64,000 bases of DNA from an uncultured Bacillota bacterium (GTDB lineage Bacteria > Sysuimicrobiota > Sysuimicrobiia > Sysuimicrobiales > Segetimicrobiaceae), in contig CAWDRG010000011.1 of assembly GCA_963804645.1 (NCBI GenBank), forward strand, positions 128,001 to 192,000, in the 5' to 3' direction. The notes beneath the pieces are model-generated. The model was given only the letters and a program-made list of their open reading frames with translations. It was not told the origin of the DNA and made no database searches. The translations under genes and the position numbers were made by a program. Numbering within the stretch: position 1 is the stretch's first letter; each line of letters starts with the position of its first letter. Shown piece by piece: positions 15,416-27,011 of the stretch.

Positions 15416-17746
15416 ATGCCCCGCGGCAGCGAGAGGTGGGTGGCAGATCGCGACGGCCCGACGCGTACGCTCTCCGCGTCCCCCGTGGCCGTCAGCGTCA
15501 CCCTCTGCACGGCGCGCATCGTGCGCGTGCGGATCGGCCGGCACGAGCCGCACACGAACGCCTCGTACGTGCCCGCCCGGACGTGGCCCGGCGCGGCGTG
15601 CACCGAGACGTCCGGGCCCTCGGCCTCCATCGATACCGGCGCGCTCGTGGTGCGTGTCACCGCGGATCCGGCGAGTGTGACCTTCTGCGATGGGGTCGGC
15701 CGCGCACGCCTCAGCCTGCCGCTCACCGACCTGCGCGGAGCACCGAGCCCGCGGGTGCGGCTCGAGCTGGCAAGTGTCCAGCATTTCTACGGACTCGGTG
15801 GGGGCGGGCAGCAGTTCGACCGGCTCGGGACCACGAGACGCTTCTGGACGAACCACGCGAACCACGGCCACGGGGCGGACGTCCCGATCCCGCTCCTGCT
15901 GTCGCACCTCGGATACGGGCTGTTCTTCGACCACGCGGGCCCCGCCGACATCACCGTGGGCGGGGCCGAGGCGGGCCGGTGGGTCGAGTATCGCAGCGCG
16001 CAGGCACCGCTCGACCTCTACTACCTTGGCGGGAGCGATCTGCGCGAGGTACTGGGCGAGGTCGCAACGCTGCTGGGACCGGCACCGATGCCCCCCCGCT
16101 GGGCGCTCGGCTATCTGCAGTCGACGCGCCACTTCGAGAACCCCGAGGAGTGGCAGCGGCTCCCGGCCACGATGCGCGACAAGCGGCTCCCGTGCGACGG
16201 TCTCATCTTTCTATCCACGTACGGTGACTTCTTGGGCTGGAACCGGGGGGTCGGGCATTTGGAGTGTGACCTGCGATCGCTGCCCGAGCCGGCCGCGTAC
16301 TTCGCGCAGCTGCACGCGCAGCACTTTCACGTCGTGACGCACGAGTATCCGGTGCTGCACTCCGCGTCGCCCCTCTACGCGGAAGCCTCCGCGCGGGGGT
16401 ATCTGCTCGACGCAGGGTATCCGCACGCGGCCGCCCTCGAGCGCCCGACGGACAACTACCGTGAAGGCCAGCGCTATCTTGATTTCTCCAATCCGGAAGT
16501 CCGGGCATGGTGGTGGCAGCAGCACCGCCCGCTCGCCGAACTGGGGGTGGACGGGTGGTGGCTCGACGGCGGCGAAGGGCCCGCCGCGGACACCCGGCTC
16601 TACGCTGGAACCGGTGCCGACGTCCACAACCGGTACGACCTAATGCGGCAAGAGGGGTTCGCCGACGGCGAGGCGGCGGACCGCCCGGATCGTCGCGTCT
16701 TTCTCCTCTGCCGATCCGGGGGCGCCGGCATGCAGCGCTTCGGCGCGACCTGCTGGTCGGGCGACATCGACGCGACGTTCTCCACGCTCGAGGAGCAGCC
16801 GGCCATCGGCTTGAACGTTGGACTGTCGGGCGTGCCGTATTGGGGCACCGACGTCGGTGGATTCTATCAAGTGGGCCCGGACCGCGCGGAACTGTACGTC
16901 CGGTGGTTCCAATTCGGGGTGTTTACGCCGATCTTGCGCGCACATGGGCGCGTGTGGCGCGACCACGTGCCCTGGGCGCACGGCCCCGAAGTGGAAGCCA
17001 TCTGCCGGCGGTATCTCGAACTGCGCTACCGGCTCCTCCCGTACACGTACAGCCTCGCCTGGCAGGCGCACCGCCACGGGCTCCCGCTGATGCGGCCCCT
17101 GATCCTGAACTATCCCGATGATGTCCGGGTGTGGAATCGAGCCACCGAATACCTCTGGGGTGACGATCTGCTCGTCGCCCCCGTGACGCGCGCGGGCGCG
17201 ACGCACTGGCCCGTCTACCTGCCGGCTGGCACGTGGTACGACTTCTGGACGCACGAGCGGTACGAAGGGCCGGGCGGCATCACCGTCGCGGCGCCGCTTG
17301 ACCGGCTGCCGCTCTTCGTGCGCGCCGGCGCGATCCTGCCGCTCGGACCAATCGTGCAGTATCACGACGAACGGCCGCTGACCGACATCGACTTGCTCGT
17401 CTACGGCGGACGGAACGGTGCGTTCACGCTGTATGAAGACGACGGCACCACGACAGCGTACCGTCGGGACCGATACGCGCTTACCACATTCGAGAGCGCC
17501 TCCACCGAACGGACGCTGACCGTACGCATCGCCGGCCCCGCGGGGGAAGCCGGGCTCATCCCGGCGGACCGCGCCTACTCGGTGCGCATGTGCGCGCCCG
17601 TGAGGCCGCGCCGCGTCCGGCTCTCCGGGTTCGGCGAACTCCCCGAACGGCCTCACGCGGGCGCTCCGGGATGGTGGTATGAAGACGGACGATTTGTCTG
17701 TGTTCGCGTGCCGTCTCACCCGGCCGTCGTCGACCTCGACTGGTAA
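15416..17746 (+). CDS. GH31 alpha-glycosidase (alpha-glucosidase/xylosidase-like)
   Basis: PMPPRWALGY, DFSNPE, WWLDGGE (nucleophile), WSGD (acid/base), GTDVGGF, RWFQFG, VYLPAGTWYDFW, LYEDDG. Confidence 0.92.
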   Translation: MPRGSERWVADRDGPTRTLSASPVAVSVTLCTARIVRVRIGRHEPHTNASYVPARTWPGAACTETSGPSASIDTGALVVRVTADPASVTFCDGVGRARLSLPLTDLRGAPSPRVRLELASVQHFYGLGGGGQQFDRLGTTRRFWTNHANHGHGADVPIPLLLSHLGYGLFFDHAGPADITVGGAEAGRWVEYRSAQAPLDLYYLGGSDLREVLGEVATLLGPAPMPPRWALGYLQSTRHFENPEEWQRLPATMRDKRLPCDGLIFLSTYGDFLGWNRGVGHLECDLRSLPEPAAYFAQLHAQHFHVVTHEYPVLHSASPLYAEASARGYLLDAGYPHAAALERPTDNYREGQRYLDFSNPEVRAWWWQQHRPLAELGVDGWWLDGGEGPAADTRLYAGTGADVHNRYDLMRQEGFADGEAADRPDRRVFLLCRSGGAGMQRFGATCWSGDIDATFSTLEEQPAIGLNVGLSGVPYWGTDVGGFYQVGPDRAELYVRWFQFGVFTPILRAHGRVWRDHVPWAHGPEVEAICRRYLELRYRLLPYTYSLAWQAHRHGLPLMRPLILNYPDDVRVWNRATEYLWGDDLLVAPVTRAGATHWPVYLPAGTWYDFWTHERYEGPGGITVAAPLDRLPLFVRAGAILPLGPIVQYHDERPLTDIDLLVYGGRNGAFTLYEDDGTTTAYRRDRYALTTFESASTERTLTVRIAGPAGEAGLIPADRAYSVRMCAPVRPRRVRLSGFGELPERPHAGAPGWWYEDGRFVCVRVPSHPAVVDLDW

Positions 17747-18382
17747 CGAGCCGCACACGTCCACGAGAGGCGCGCTCGCAGGGGCCACGTGAAACCTTGC
17801 GCGCACCCGCGGGGGCCGAGCGACCGCGGGCGCCCGCCGACCGGCACGCCGGGCGGGGCGGCGCTCAGCCGCCGAACTGCGGATTGCCCTGGTCGCCCTC
17901 CACGGGCGCCCCGGCCCGAAACCTGCAATTCGCCCGCCCTTTTGAGACGTCCGACGAGTTCGTCTCGCGTTGGAGCCACGCTCCCTCCGCTTCGCCGCAG
18001 ATAAGACGTCGAATCATCCGACATGCTGCCCGCCGCCAGATGCACGCCGCGCCGGGGACACGGGCGGTCATCGCGTACCGGAAACACTTCATTTCGGCGG
18101 TTCGTGTTTAAATTAACGTGAAATTTCCAGTTTGGCGCCTGCGCTCCTCCCTCCGTGGAACCGCTACTATCAGGCTAGCGATGCGCATCACGAACCGCAT
18201 CTATCCACGGTAGCGCCCAGGGATCGATCTTGTCTCTCGCCGAAGGCCTCGCCGCGGCTCCCCCTACTGGTGGGCGCGTTGGGCGCCCCCGTGCCGATAT
18301 GGTATTAAGGATACGGGACCATGATATGGCGCGGGGTACGAAGGCAGACCGCGGCCGGGGGTCGTGGCGTTCGGGAGGGGAC

Positions 18383-19027
18383 ATGACGGAACTCTTTATG
18401 AGGGCGAAGACTTGGCTGGCGGCGGCACTGGTGGCGGTCCCGCTGCTCGCGCTCCCCGCAGCGGCGGCACCCTCCGCGTCCGAGATCCTCGCGCGCGTGG
18501 CGGCGGCGAACGGGTCGCCCCCAAACATGACGGCGGACGTGCTCTTCAAACTGTGGAAAGGCAAGCCGGTGGGCGACCCCTACTGCGTATTTGCCGGCAC
18601 GATGGCGGTGCAGGACGGTCACCCCGCGATACAGATGTCGCGCGGCGGCACCAGCCTGCTCTGCGGGGCCATGGACCACTATGTCGTCGGCAGGCTGTTC
18701 GACGCGAGTGAGCCGATGGCGTCGTTTCTCAACCGCTTCGATTTCACCGTCGCAGGCGAGAAACAGGTGGGACCCGATACCTATTACGACATCGAGGGCG
18801 TATCCCGCGACCCCAAAAACAACCCTCACGGCATGGGCGCGTGGGTCGATTACAATACCGGCCTCATCACGGACGGCACCCTCCGGTACGATTGGGGAAC
18901 CGTAAACATTCAGCAGCAGTATACGAACCTGAATAACGTCTGGGTGATGACGATGCAAGATGTGCGGTCCAGCAAGTACGCCGCGACGCTTCAGGTCGTC
19001 TACAGCAACTTCCGCGTGTCTCCCTAA
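18383..19027 (+). CDS. Secreted hypothetical protein, possibly LolA/outer-membrane-sorting-like beta fold
   Basis: GGAGGG RBS, signal peptide (KTWLAAALVAVPLLALPAAA), SASEILARV helix, beta-rich C-terminus ending YSNFRVSP; coding-like composition. Confidence 0.7.
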   Translation: MTELFMRAKTWLAAALVAVPLLALPAAAAPSASEILARVAAANGSPPNMTADVLFKLWKGKPVGDPYCVFAGTMAVQDGHPAIQMSRGGTSLLCGAMDHYVVGRLFDASEPMASFLNRFDFTVAGEKQVGPDTYYDIEGVSRDPKNNPHGMGAWVDYNTGLITDGTLRYDWGTVNIQQQYTNLNNVWVMTMQDVRSSKYAATLQVVYSNFRVSP

Positions 19028-19154
19028 CGGCGCGCTGGGAATACCGGCCGCCGCGGCTTGCCGCCATCCGGGCCTCCCGATCCTGATCGGCGCGACCGCC
19101 TTCACGCGCGTGGGTGGCGGAGTGGAGGATCGCCCGACAGGGTCTAGGCGTCGG

Positions 19155-19730
19155 CTATGTCGGCGCCGGCGGGCTCGAGGGACGCGAGCCTCCACCCCGG
19201 GAGACGTCCTCCAGGTCGACCGCGAGCGGCCCGATGAGGGCCGCGCAGAAATGATACCAGGCCACCGTAACGGCGAGATCGATCACGCTTTGCGGCGAGA
19301 GGTGCCGGAGCAGAGTGGACATCGTCGCGTCGTCGATCGTCCGGGAGCGCGCGACCTGGTCGGCGTACGCCATCGCGGCGCGTTCCGCGGGCGTATAGGC
19401 GTCGCTGCCGCGCCACGCCCCGATCTCCGCGAGTTTCGTTTCCGAGACGCCGGCCTTGCGGGCCGCGGCGCGATGATGCACCCGCTCATACTCCACGTTC
19501 AGGACGTCGGCCGTGACCAGGATCGCGAGTTCGCGCAGCTGCGGAGGCAACGAGCTGTCTTCTCGGATGTACCGCGACATAGACATGAACGCGCGCAGCG
19601 CCGGTGGCTGGTTCGCCAAGATCCGGTAGAGGTTGACGAGTCCTCCCCGCAGCTGGATGATCTCGTCGTAAATCGCTCGGGCGTCTCCCGCCGCTCCCTC
19701 CGACTCCATCACATACTCGAGCCGCGCCAT
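19155..19730 (-). CDS. Carboxymuconolactone decarboxylase/AhpD-like family protein
   Basis: NLYRILANQP, LPPQLRELAIL, YERVHH, AERAAMAYAD. Confidence 0.82.
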   Translation of the reverse strand: MARLEYVMESEGAAGDARAIYDEIIQLRGGLVNLYRILANQPPALRAFMSMSRYIREDSSLPPQLRELAILVTADVLNVEYERVHHRAAARKAGVSETKLAEIGAWRGSDAYTPAERAAMAYADQVARSRTIDDATMSTLLRHLSPQSVIDLAVTVAWYHFCAALIGPLAVDLEDVSRGGGSRPSSPPAPT

Positions 19731-19846
19731 CCGCATCCTCCCTCTCTGCGCACTCATGATCCCGCTCCGGTCGGTCGGCGTCGGCCGCCAGACTCTGATC
19801 GAGCACCTGGAGCGCAGGGCACGTCAGACAAGCACGGACCGTGGCG

Positions 19847-21073
19847 TCAGGCGAGGACGCTGTTGGCGAGGTCGACGCCCGTGAAGTCGTCGAGCTCGCG
19901 CGCGGCCACCCGCAGCTGCCTCGCGAGATCTTGGATTTCGGCAGCGTACCCGGGCTGACCGCCCTGCCCATCGCCCGCGCTCTGGTATAGATTGTGCTGC
20001 TCCTCGGGGTCCGCGGTCAGATGATACAGCGAGTTCGGCCCGCCGCGGCTCAGGATCAGCTTCCACTCGTCGGTCCGCACGCATCGCTGCACGTACTCGC
20101 TGCGGTCCGTGACGGTCTCGATGTAGTACGCGTCCCGCCACGCCGGGGCCTGCCCCTCGAACCAGGGGCGGATACTGCGTCCCTGCGCATACGCCGGGAC
20201 GGGGCCACCCGCCCAATCGAGGACGGTCGGCAGCACGTCCTGCAGCCCGACGACGGCGTCGACCGTGAGCCCGGTCCGGATCCGCCCCGGACACCGCGCG
20301 ATCATCGGAATGCGGATCGCCTCGTCGAAACAGACCGCGTTGTGCCCGCCTTCCTCGCGGGAGAAGAACGTGTCCCCGTGGTCGGTGAAATACATGATCA
20401 CGGTATTCTCGGCCAGTCCGAGATCGTCGATCGCCTCTACGATACGGCCGGTGTTGAAGTCGATGTTGCTCACAGCCGCATAGTATCCGGGAAACGGCAC
20501 GCCGCGCCCCCGGTACGGCGCGTAGAAAGGCTCGGGCGCGGTGTACGGATCGTGGGGCGGATAGTACCCCTGCACCATCACGAACGGCTGCCGGCCGCGT
20601 GCGGCCCCCCGAAGAAACTCGAGGCAGTGATCCGTCTGCACGTCCGGCTTGTAGCGGCGGTCCGCCCCGACCTGGACCCAGTGGCCCCCGCGCGAGTTGA
20701 AAGCGTCCCACACGTCGAAACTGCCGGGGTTGCGGTGGCCGAGGCCCCACTTGCCGAAGTACGCGGTGAGGTAGCCGGCCGCCTTGAGGAGATCAAACAC
20801 GGTCGTCGACACCTGTGCCACCGAGTGCAGCGCGTCGTCGACGCGGGGCACGTTCTTCGTGATGCCGTGCGCGTGCGGGTAGACCCCGGTCCACATCGTC
20901 GCGCGCGACGGCGAGCACACCGGCCAGGGGGTGAACCCGGCCGTGCACCGCGCGCCCTCGGCCGCGAGCCGATCGAGGCAGGGGGTCTCGACGAAGCGGT
21001 TGCCGTTGCACCCGAGGGAGTCGTAGCGCTGCTGATCGGACACGATCAGCACGAAGTTCGGTCGAGACGCCAC
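19847..21073 (-). CDS. Formylglycine-dependent (Cys-type) sulfatase
   Basis: [18 protein letters not shown] (CxPxR), [26 protein letters not shown]. Confidence 0.9.
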   Translation of the reverse strand: MASRPNFVLIVSDQQRYDSLGCNGNRFVETPCLDRLAAEGARCTAGFTPWPVCSPSRATMWTGVYPHAHGITKNVPRVDDALHSVAQVSTTVFDLLKAAGYLTAYFGKWGLGHRNPGSFDVWDAFNSRGGHWVQVGADRRYKPDVQTDHCLEFLRGAARGRQPFVMVQGYYPPHDPYTAPEPFYAPYRGRGVPFPGYYAAVSNIDFNTGRIVEAIDDLGLAENTVIMYFTDHGDTFFSREEGGHNAVCFDEAIRIPMIARCPGRIRTGLTVDAVVGLQDVLPTVLDWAGGPVPAYAQGRSIRPWFEGQAPAWRDAYYIETVTDRSEYVQRCVRTDEWKLILSRGGPNSLYHLTADPEEQHNLYQSAGDGQGGQPGYAAEIQDLARQLRVAARELDDFTGVDLANSVLA

Positions 21074-21100
21074 GCCGCACCCCCGAGCGTCGACACGCAT

Positions 21101-21133
21101 TTGGCGTGCCCGACGACGTTTGATACCATTATA
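21101..21133. promoter_or_regulatory. Putative overlapping divergent promoters (typA / sulfatase)
   Basis: Plus strand TTGGCG-17 bp-TACCAT with TGn (21101-21129). Minus strand perfect TATAAT at 21133-21128 without a clear -35. Confidence 0.4.
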
Positions 21134-21164
21134 CGGTTCCCCAACCGGACAAGGGAGCGTGGCA

Positions 21165-22964
21165 TTGTCCACCGCATTTCGCAACATTGCGATCATCGCG
21201 CACGTCGACCACGGCAAGACGACGCTGGTCGACGGCATGCTGCGGCAGAGCGGCACGTTTCGTGCGAACGAAGCGGTCGTCGACCGCGTCATGGATTCGA
21301 ATGAGTTGGAGCGGGAGCGCGGCATCACCATCCTCGCGAAGAACACCGCGATCTTCTATCGCGACACCAAGATCAACATCGTGGACACCCCCGGCCACAG
21401 CGACTTCGGCGGCGAGGTCGAGCGCGCGCTGACGATGGTGGACGGGGTGATGCTGCTCGTGGACGCGAGCGAAGGCCCCCTGCCCCAGACCCGGTACGTG
21501 CTCAGCAAAGCGCTGGAGCGCGGCCTGCCGCCGATCGTGGTCATCAACAAGATCGACCGCGGCGACGCGCGCCCGGCGCAGGTGCTCAACGAGATTTACG
21601 ACCTGTTTATCGATCTGGACGCGAAGGAGGACCAACTCGAGTTCCCGGTCCTGTACACGAACGCCAAAACCGGCACCGCCTCGCCCGCCGCGGACGTGCC
21701 GGGCACCGACCTCCAGCCCCTGTTCGACGCGATCGTCGCCACGGTGCCCCCGCCGGCGGGGCGGGCCGACGCGCCGCTGCAGGTGCTGGTGGCCAACCTC
21801 GACTACAGCGATTTTCTCGGGCGCATCGCCATCGCGCGCGTCTTCAACGGCACGCTGGTGGCCGGCAAGGACGTGGGGATCGCGAAACTCGACGGCTCGC
21901 TCGTGAAGACGCGCATCACCAAACTGTTCACGTTCAGCGGGCTCCGGCGCACCGAGGTGGCGGCCGCGGAGGTGGGCGACATCATCGCCGTCGCCGGGGT
22001 CGAGGGCATTACGATCGGCGAGACGATCACGGACGCGGAGACGCCGGCGCCGCTGCGGCGCATCGCGGTCGACGAACCGACGATCGCCATGCAGTTCAAT
22101 GTCAACACGTCCCCCCTCGCGGGCCGCGAGGGGGACTACGTGACGTCCCGCAACCTGCGCGAGCGCCTCGAGAAGGAGCTGCTGACCAACGTCTCGCTGC
22201 GCGTCGAGCCGACGGGCACCGCCGACGCGTTCAAGGTGATGGGGCGGGGCGCCCTGCAGCTCGCGATCCTCGTCGAGACGATGCGCCGGGAAGGGTACGA
22301 GCTCATGGTCGGCAAGCCCGAGATCGTGACCAAGACGGTCGACGGCACGGTGATGGAGCCGATGGAACAGCTGACGATCGACGTCCCCGAGAATTTTGTC
22401 GGGGTCGTCGTCGAGAAGCTGGGCCCCCGCAAGGGGCAGATGACCAACATGCACAATCACGGCTTCGGCCGGGTGCGCCTCGAGTTCCGGATCCCAAGCC
22501 GCGGCCTCATCGGGCTCCGCAGCGAGCTGCTCACCGACACCCGCGGGACCGTCGTCATGAACGCGCTGTTCGACGGCTACACCGAATGGGCCGGGGAGAT
22601 CCCGCGGCGTCCGACCGGGGCGCTCGTCGCCGACCGACCCGGGATGACGACCTCGTACGCCCTCTACAACCTGCAGGAGCGCGGCGAGCTGTTTGTGGGG
22701 CCCGGCACCGAGGTATACGAGGGCATGCTGATCGGCGAGAACGCGCGCGACAACGATCTCGATGTGAACGCGGTGCGCGAGAAGAAATTGACGAACATGC
22801 GCGCGTCGACGGCAGACCTGGCGATCCGGTTGGTCCCCCACCGCGTCCTGAACTTGGAGCAGGCGATCGAGTTTATCGCGGACGACGAATTCGTCGAGGT
22901 CACCCCGGGGTCACTGCGGCTCAGAAAGCGAGTCCTGCCGGCCGTGCGCCGGCACAACAGGTAG
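21165..22964 (+). CDS. typA: Translational GTPase TypA/BipA
   Basis: [51 protein letters not shown]. Confidence 0.97.
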   Translation: MSTAFRNIAIIAHVDHGKTTLVDGMLRQSGTFRANEAVVDRVMDSNELERERGITILAKNTAIFYRDTKINIVDTPGHSDFGGEVERALTMVDGVMLLVDASEGPLPQTRYVLSKALERGLPPIVVINKIDRGDARPAQVLNEIYDLFIDLDAKEDQLEFPVLYTNAKTGTASPAADVPGTDLQPLFDAIVATVPPPAGRADAPLQVLVANLDYSDFLGRIAIARVFNGTLVAGKDVGIAKLDGSLVKTRITKLFTFSGLRRTEVAAAEVGDIIAVAGVEGITIGETITDAETPAPLRRIAVDEPTIAMQFNVNTSPLAGREGDYVTSRNLRERLEKELLTNVSLRVEPTGTADAFKVMGRGALQLAILVETMRREGYELMVGKPEIVTKTVDGTVMEPMEQLTIDVPENFVGVVVEKLGPRKGQMTNMHNHGFGRVRLEFRIPSRGLIGLRSELLTDTRGTVVMNALFDGYTEWAGEIPRRPTGALVADRPGMTTSYALYNLQERGELFVGPGTEVYEGMLIGENARDNDLDVNAVREKKLTNMRASTADLAIRLVPHRVLNLEQAIEFIADDEFVEVTPGSLRLRKRVLPAVRRHNR

Positions 22965-23126
22965 CCGCGGCGACCCGCCGAGCGTCCGGACCCCGTCCGG
23001 TCCACCTCCGCACGACTCCGCGCGCTGCAGCGAGAAAGGGCCGCGTCCGCGCTGCGCGGAAGCACACTTAGCGCCCCACCGCCAGCATCCCCGGACCGCC
23101 GTGTCCGCGATACGAGGAGGACCGCG

Positions 23127-24005
23127 ATGCCCAGCCCGGCCCGTGACGCCGTTGCCCGCGAGTACCGCTACGAGCTGCTGACCTGGCCCGAGATCAACGA
23201 AGCCGTCGCCCTCAACAAGGTGGTCATCCTGCCCGTCGGGTCGACCGAACAGCACGGCCCCCACCTGCCCCTCGACGTCGACGCGAAGCTCAGTTCGGCG
23301 GTGGTCTACGAGGCCGCGCGCCGCGCGCCGACAGAAATGTTGGTGCTGCCCCCCGTCGCCTACGGCTACTGCCATCACGTGATGGACTACCCCGGGACGA
23401 TCAACATCGAGCCGACGACGTTCGTGAAGTTCCTGCTCGACATCACACGCTCGGTCGCGTACCACGGCTTCAAGCGCCTCGTCATCGTCAACGGCCACGG
23501 CTCGAACCACCCGCTCGTGGAGGAGGTCGGCCGGCAGACCACCCTCCAGACGGACGCCCTGTGCGTCACCCTCAGCTGGTGGCAGCTCATCGGGCAGTTT
23601 TGGAACGCGGAGCTGCGCACCTCGGTCATCCCGGGCGGGTGCTCGCACGCGTGCGAACTGGAGACGTCGATGTATCTGACCGTGGACCGGCCGCACGTCC
23701 GGGAGGCCCTGATCGAGAGCCACCTGCCCGAGTTTCAGAAGATCCCGGGTGAAATGGAATGGCACTTCACGGACCTGGCGGGACCCAGCAGCCCCGCGAC
23801 GCTCGTCGAGTGGACGTCGTCCTTCTCACCGACCGGGGTCATCGGCGAGGCGGCCAAAGCCACGGAGGAAAAAGGCCGCCGGGTGTTCGATCAGGCCGCG
23901 TTCCGCCTCGTCGAGATGGTCCGGTGGCTGCGCGCCCGGCCCGCCCCACCCCGCAGGGATCATCACGAGGTGCCGCCGACCTTCGCGCTGCCGTTCGGGT
24001 GGTAG
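23127..24005 (+). CDS. Creatininase-family amidohydrolase
   Basis: LPVGSTEQHGPHLPLDVD, NGHGSN, HACELETS, GVIG...AT.EKG. Confidence 0.9.
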   Translation: MPSPARDAVAREYRYELLTWPEINEAVALNKVVILPVGSTEQHGPHLPLDVDAKLSSAVVYEAARRAPTEMLVLPPVAYGYCHHVMDYPGTINIEPTTFVKFLLDITRSVAYHGFKRLVIVNGHGSNHPLVEEVGRQTTLQTDALCVTLSWWQLIGQFWNAELRTSVIPGGCSHACELETSMYLTVDRPHVREALIESHLPEFQKIPGEMEWHFTDLAGPSSPATLVEWTSSFSPTGVIGEAAKATEEKGRRVFDQAAFRLVEMVRWLRARPAPPRRDHHEVPPTFALPFGW

Positions 24006-24045
24006 GCACGCGCCGAGGCGGGGCGGTCGTCGGCGCGCGGTCTCG

Positions 24046-24903
24046 CTAGGTCTTCGCGATCCAGAGCGGCTGCGTCGGCGCCACCTGGTGCGGCACGCGC
24101 GCCTTGATCGGCCGGGCCCGGAGCTCGCGGCAGATCTCCACCAGCTCACGGCCGCCGGCCTCGATGACATGCTGACCTTTGGCCTTGGTGGCCTTGGTCG
24201 GATCGCCCTTGACGCCGTTGCGCGTGTCCATGCTCCAGTACTCGGTCATCGAGACCGGGTTCTTGAAGGACGGGTCGGGCTTGCGCCCGGCGAGATCGCC
24301 CCAGAAATGCGGCGACATCTGATAGGTGGCGTCCGGCGCCGCGCGGTCCATCTTCACGCGCGCCTCGTCGACCGCGAGGTACACCGACGTCTCGATCTCG
24401 CAGGCGTGCGAGGTGATATTGGACTCCCGCTCGGCATTGAACACCTGGCGCACGTCGTGCAGGTCCCACCACGACGTGAACGCGCAGTGCACGTCGGGCC
24501 GCTCGACGACGGTCAGGCGCGCCGCCATCTCCAGCACGGGACGGTTGCTCCCGTGGCCGTTCACGATCAGAATCTTGCGAAAGCCGTGGTGGGCGAGGCT
24601 GCGGGTGATGTCCAGCACGTACTCGACGAACGTGGACCAGCGGATCGTGAGCGTCCCGGGGAAATCGATGTGATGCGGGCTGTAGCCGATCCGCACGCAC
24701 GGCAGGAGCGTGATCTCCTCGGGCGCCAGCTGCGCGGCCCGCTCGCAGATCGCCGAGGCGATCACGATGTCGGTATCCACGGGCAGGTGCGGCCCGTGGT
24801 CCTCGATCGTGGCGGCCGGGATCATGGCCACCCGGCCGGCGCGGACCGCGTCGTTGATGTCTTCCCACGTCATGTGCTCGTACAGGTACGGCAGTTTCGC
24901 CAT
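24046..24903 (-). CDS. Creatininase-family amidohydrolase
   Basis: [41 protein letters not shown]. Confidence 0.9.
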   Translation of the reverse strand: MAKLPYLYEHMTWEDINDAVRAGRVAMIPAATIEDHGPHLPVDTDIVIASAICERAAQLAPEEITLLPCVRIGYSPHHIDFPGTLTIRWSTFVEYVLDITRSLAHHGFRKILIVNGHGSNRPVLEMAARLTVVERPDVHCAFTSWWDLHDVRQVFNAERESNITSHACEIETSVYLAVDEARVKMDRAAPDATYQMSPHFWGDLAGRKPDPSFKNPVSMTEYWSMDTRNGVKGDPTKATKAKGQHVIEAGGRELVEICRELRARPIKARVPHQVAPTQPLWIAKT

Positions 24904-24934
24904 AGTGCCCCCCCTCGATGTCTCGATCGTGCCG

Positions 24935-25825
24935 TTACAGGATGCGGATGCGCGGATCCAGCAGGTCGCGGAGGCCGTCTCCGAGCAGGTTGAACCCCAG
25001 CACCGTTACCGCGATCGCGCAGCCCGGCAGCACGGCGATCCACGGGTCGATGAGCATATACTGCCGGGCGTCGCTCAGCATCAGCCCCCACGACGGGGTC
25101 GGCGGCTGCGTGCCCAGCCCGAGGAAGCTCAGCGCGGCCTCGGTCAGGATCGCCGTGGACAGCGACACCGTCGTCTGCACGAGGAGCGGCGCGGACACGT
25201 TCGGCACCACGTGGCGCAGCACGATCGCGGGGGTCGAAGCGCCGATCGCCCGCGCCGCCTCGATATACGGCAGGCGGACGACCGCGAGCGTCGGCCCGCG
25301 GGCGATCCGGGCGAAGGTCGGCGCGTACACGATTCCGATCGCGAGCATCACGTTCGTGAGGCTGGGGCCGAGGATGGCGGTGATCGCGATCGCGAGCACC
25401 AGCGCGGGCAGCGAGAATAGCACGTCCATCACGCGCATCGCCACGTTATCCAGCCAGCCCCCGAAGAATCCGGCGGCGACGCCGGTGGTCCCGCCGATGC
25501 CCAGCGCGACCGCCACCGCGAGCACGCCGACGTACAGGGACACGCGGGCGCCGAAAATCAGCCGGTTCAGCTCGTCGCGGCCCAGCTGGTCGGTGCCGGC
25601 GATGAAGGTCTTGCCGGGCGACAGGAGCGGCGTCGCGATCTGCGCGCTCGGCCCGACGGGCGCGAGCACGGGGGCCAGCAGCGCGATCAGCACGATGCAC
25701 GCGATCGTGACGGCGCCGATCAGGGCGACCGGGGTGCGGCGAAGCGCCCGCAGCCACCGCGCCGCGGCCCGGCGCCGGCCCGCGGCGCCGGGCGACGGCG
25801 CGACGATCGGGAGTGGCTCGCTCAT
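24935..25825 (-). CDS. Peptide/nickel ABC permease (OppC/DppC-like)
   Basis: [47 protein letters not shown]. Confidence 0.9.
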   Translation of the reverse strand: MSEPLPIVAPSPGAAGRRRAAARWLRALRRTPVALIGAVTIACIVLIALLAPVLAPVGPSAQIATPLLSPGKTFIAGTDQLGRDELNRLIFGARVSLYVGVLAVAVALGIGGTTGVAAGFFGGWLDNVAMRVMDVLFSLPALVLAIAITAILGPSLTNVMLAIGIVYAPTFARIARGPTLAVVRLPYIEAARAIGASTPAIVLRHVVPNVSAPLLVQTTVSLSTAILTEAALSFLGLGTQPPTPSWGLMLSDARQYMLIDPWIAVLPGCAIAVTVLGFNLLGDGLRDLLDPRIRIL

Positions 25826-25826
25826 G

Positions 25827-26774
25827 TCACTCGTACCGGATCCTGGGGTCGAGGTAGGTGTACGCGAGATCGACCGCGAGGTTCACGACCACAAACGTGG
25901 CCGCAAACAGCATGACCGTGCCCTGGACCACCGGGTAGTCGCGCTGGTACACGCCGTTGAGCAGCATCCAGCCCAGCCCGGGCAGCCCGAAAATCTGCTC
26001 CGTGATCACGACCCCGCCGAGCAGGTAGCCGACCTGGAGCCCGAGCACGGTGATGATGGGGATCAGGGCGTTTCTGAGGGCGTGGCGCAGCAGCACCCCG
26101 AAGGGAGGGACGCCCTTGGCCTGGGCGACCTTCACGAACTCCTGGCTCAGCACCTCGAGCATCGACGACCGCGTCATCCGGACGACGACGGCGACGAGGC
26201 CTAAGCTGAGCGACAGCACCGGCAGAAACATCTGCTGCAGGTTCACCCACGGCTGCGACCACACCGGGACGTAGATCAGCGCCGGCAGCCAATGAAACTG
26301 GTAGGAGGCAAAGATGATCAGCAGCACGGCGATCCAGAAGTTCGGCACGGACAGGCCGAGCAGCCCGACGATCTGGACCAGCGTTTTCACCCGCACGCTG
26401 CGCGATACGCTCGCCAGGATGCCGAGCGGGATGCCGACGATCGCGACGCCCACGACGCACAGGAGCGCCAGCTCGATCGTGATCGGCAGCCGAGACACGA
26501 GCAGATCGCCGACCGGCTGGCCCGATCGAAACGACACACCGAAGTTGCCGTGCGCCATGCTCACCAGCCAAAGCCCGTACTGCACGGGCACCGGCCGGTC
26601 GAGGCCGAACTCGTGCATCACCGCCGCCTTTTGGTCGGCGCTCAACTGGCCCTCGGTACCGGTGAGGATGTCGACGATCGTCCCCGGGAGCAGGCGGACG
26701 AGGACGAAGATCAGCACCGAGACGCCGAGTAGCGCGGCGATCGTCCAGAGGGAGCGTCGGACCAGATAGCGCAT
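25827..26774 (-). CDS. Peptide/nickel ABC permease (OppB/DppB-like)
   Basis: GLDRP, RMTRSSMLE, AKG, HALRNA, EQIFGLPG, RDYPVVQG. Confidence 0.9.
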   Translation of the reverse strand: MRYLVRRSLWTIAALLGVSVLIFVLVRLLPGTIVDILTGTEGQLSADQKAAVMHEFGLDRPVPVQYGLWLVSMAHGNFGVSFRSGQPVGDLLVSRLPITIELALLCVVGVAIVGIPLGILASVSRSVRVKTLVQIVGLLGLSVPNFWIAVLLIIFASYQFHWLPALIYVPVWSQPWVNLQQMFLPVLSLSLGLVAVVVRMTRSSMLEVLSQEFVKVAQAKGVPPFGVLLRHALRNALIPIITVLGLQVGYLLGGVVITEQIFGLPGLGWMLLNGVYQRDYPVVQGTVMLFAATFVVVNLAVDLAYTYLDPRIRYE

Positions 26775-27011
26775 GCGGTGGGGTGTCGCCCGGCCTCAGG
26801 CCTCGGTCCGGGGCGCGGCCCGCGGAACCGTGCGCGCCCCGCCGCGCCCTTCCCGACGGGGACAGGGCACGACCCGGGGGCGCGCGCGCACCACCCACCA
26901 GCCCGACCGTGCCATGCGTCACCCCCGGGACGTCGCCTCGCGTGCGGTGTTCATTCCATGCAGGGCGGCGAACCCCCTGTGTGCACCGCGAGACGGCGCG
27001 CGGTCGACCGC

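Noticed and set aside
23127..24903. Mycofactocin (mftE) locus
   Set aside because: No precursor peptide, radical SAM or glycosyltransferase genes nearby.
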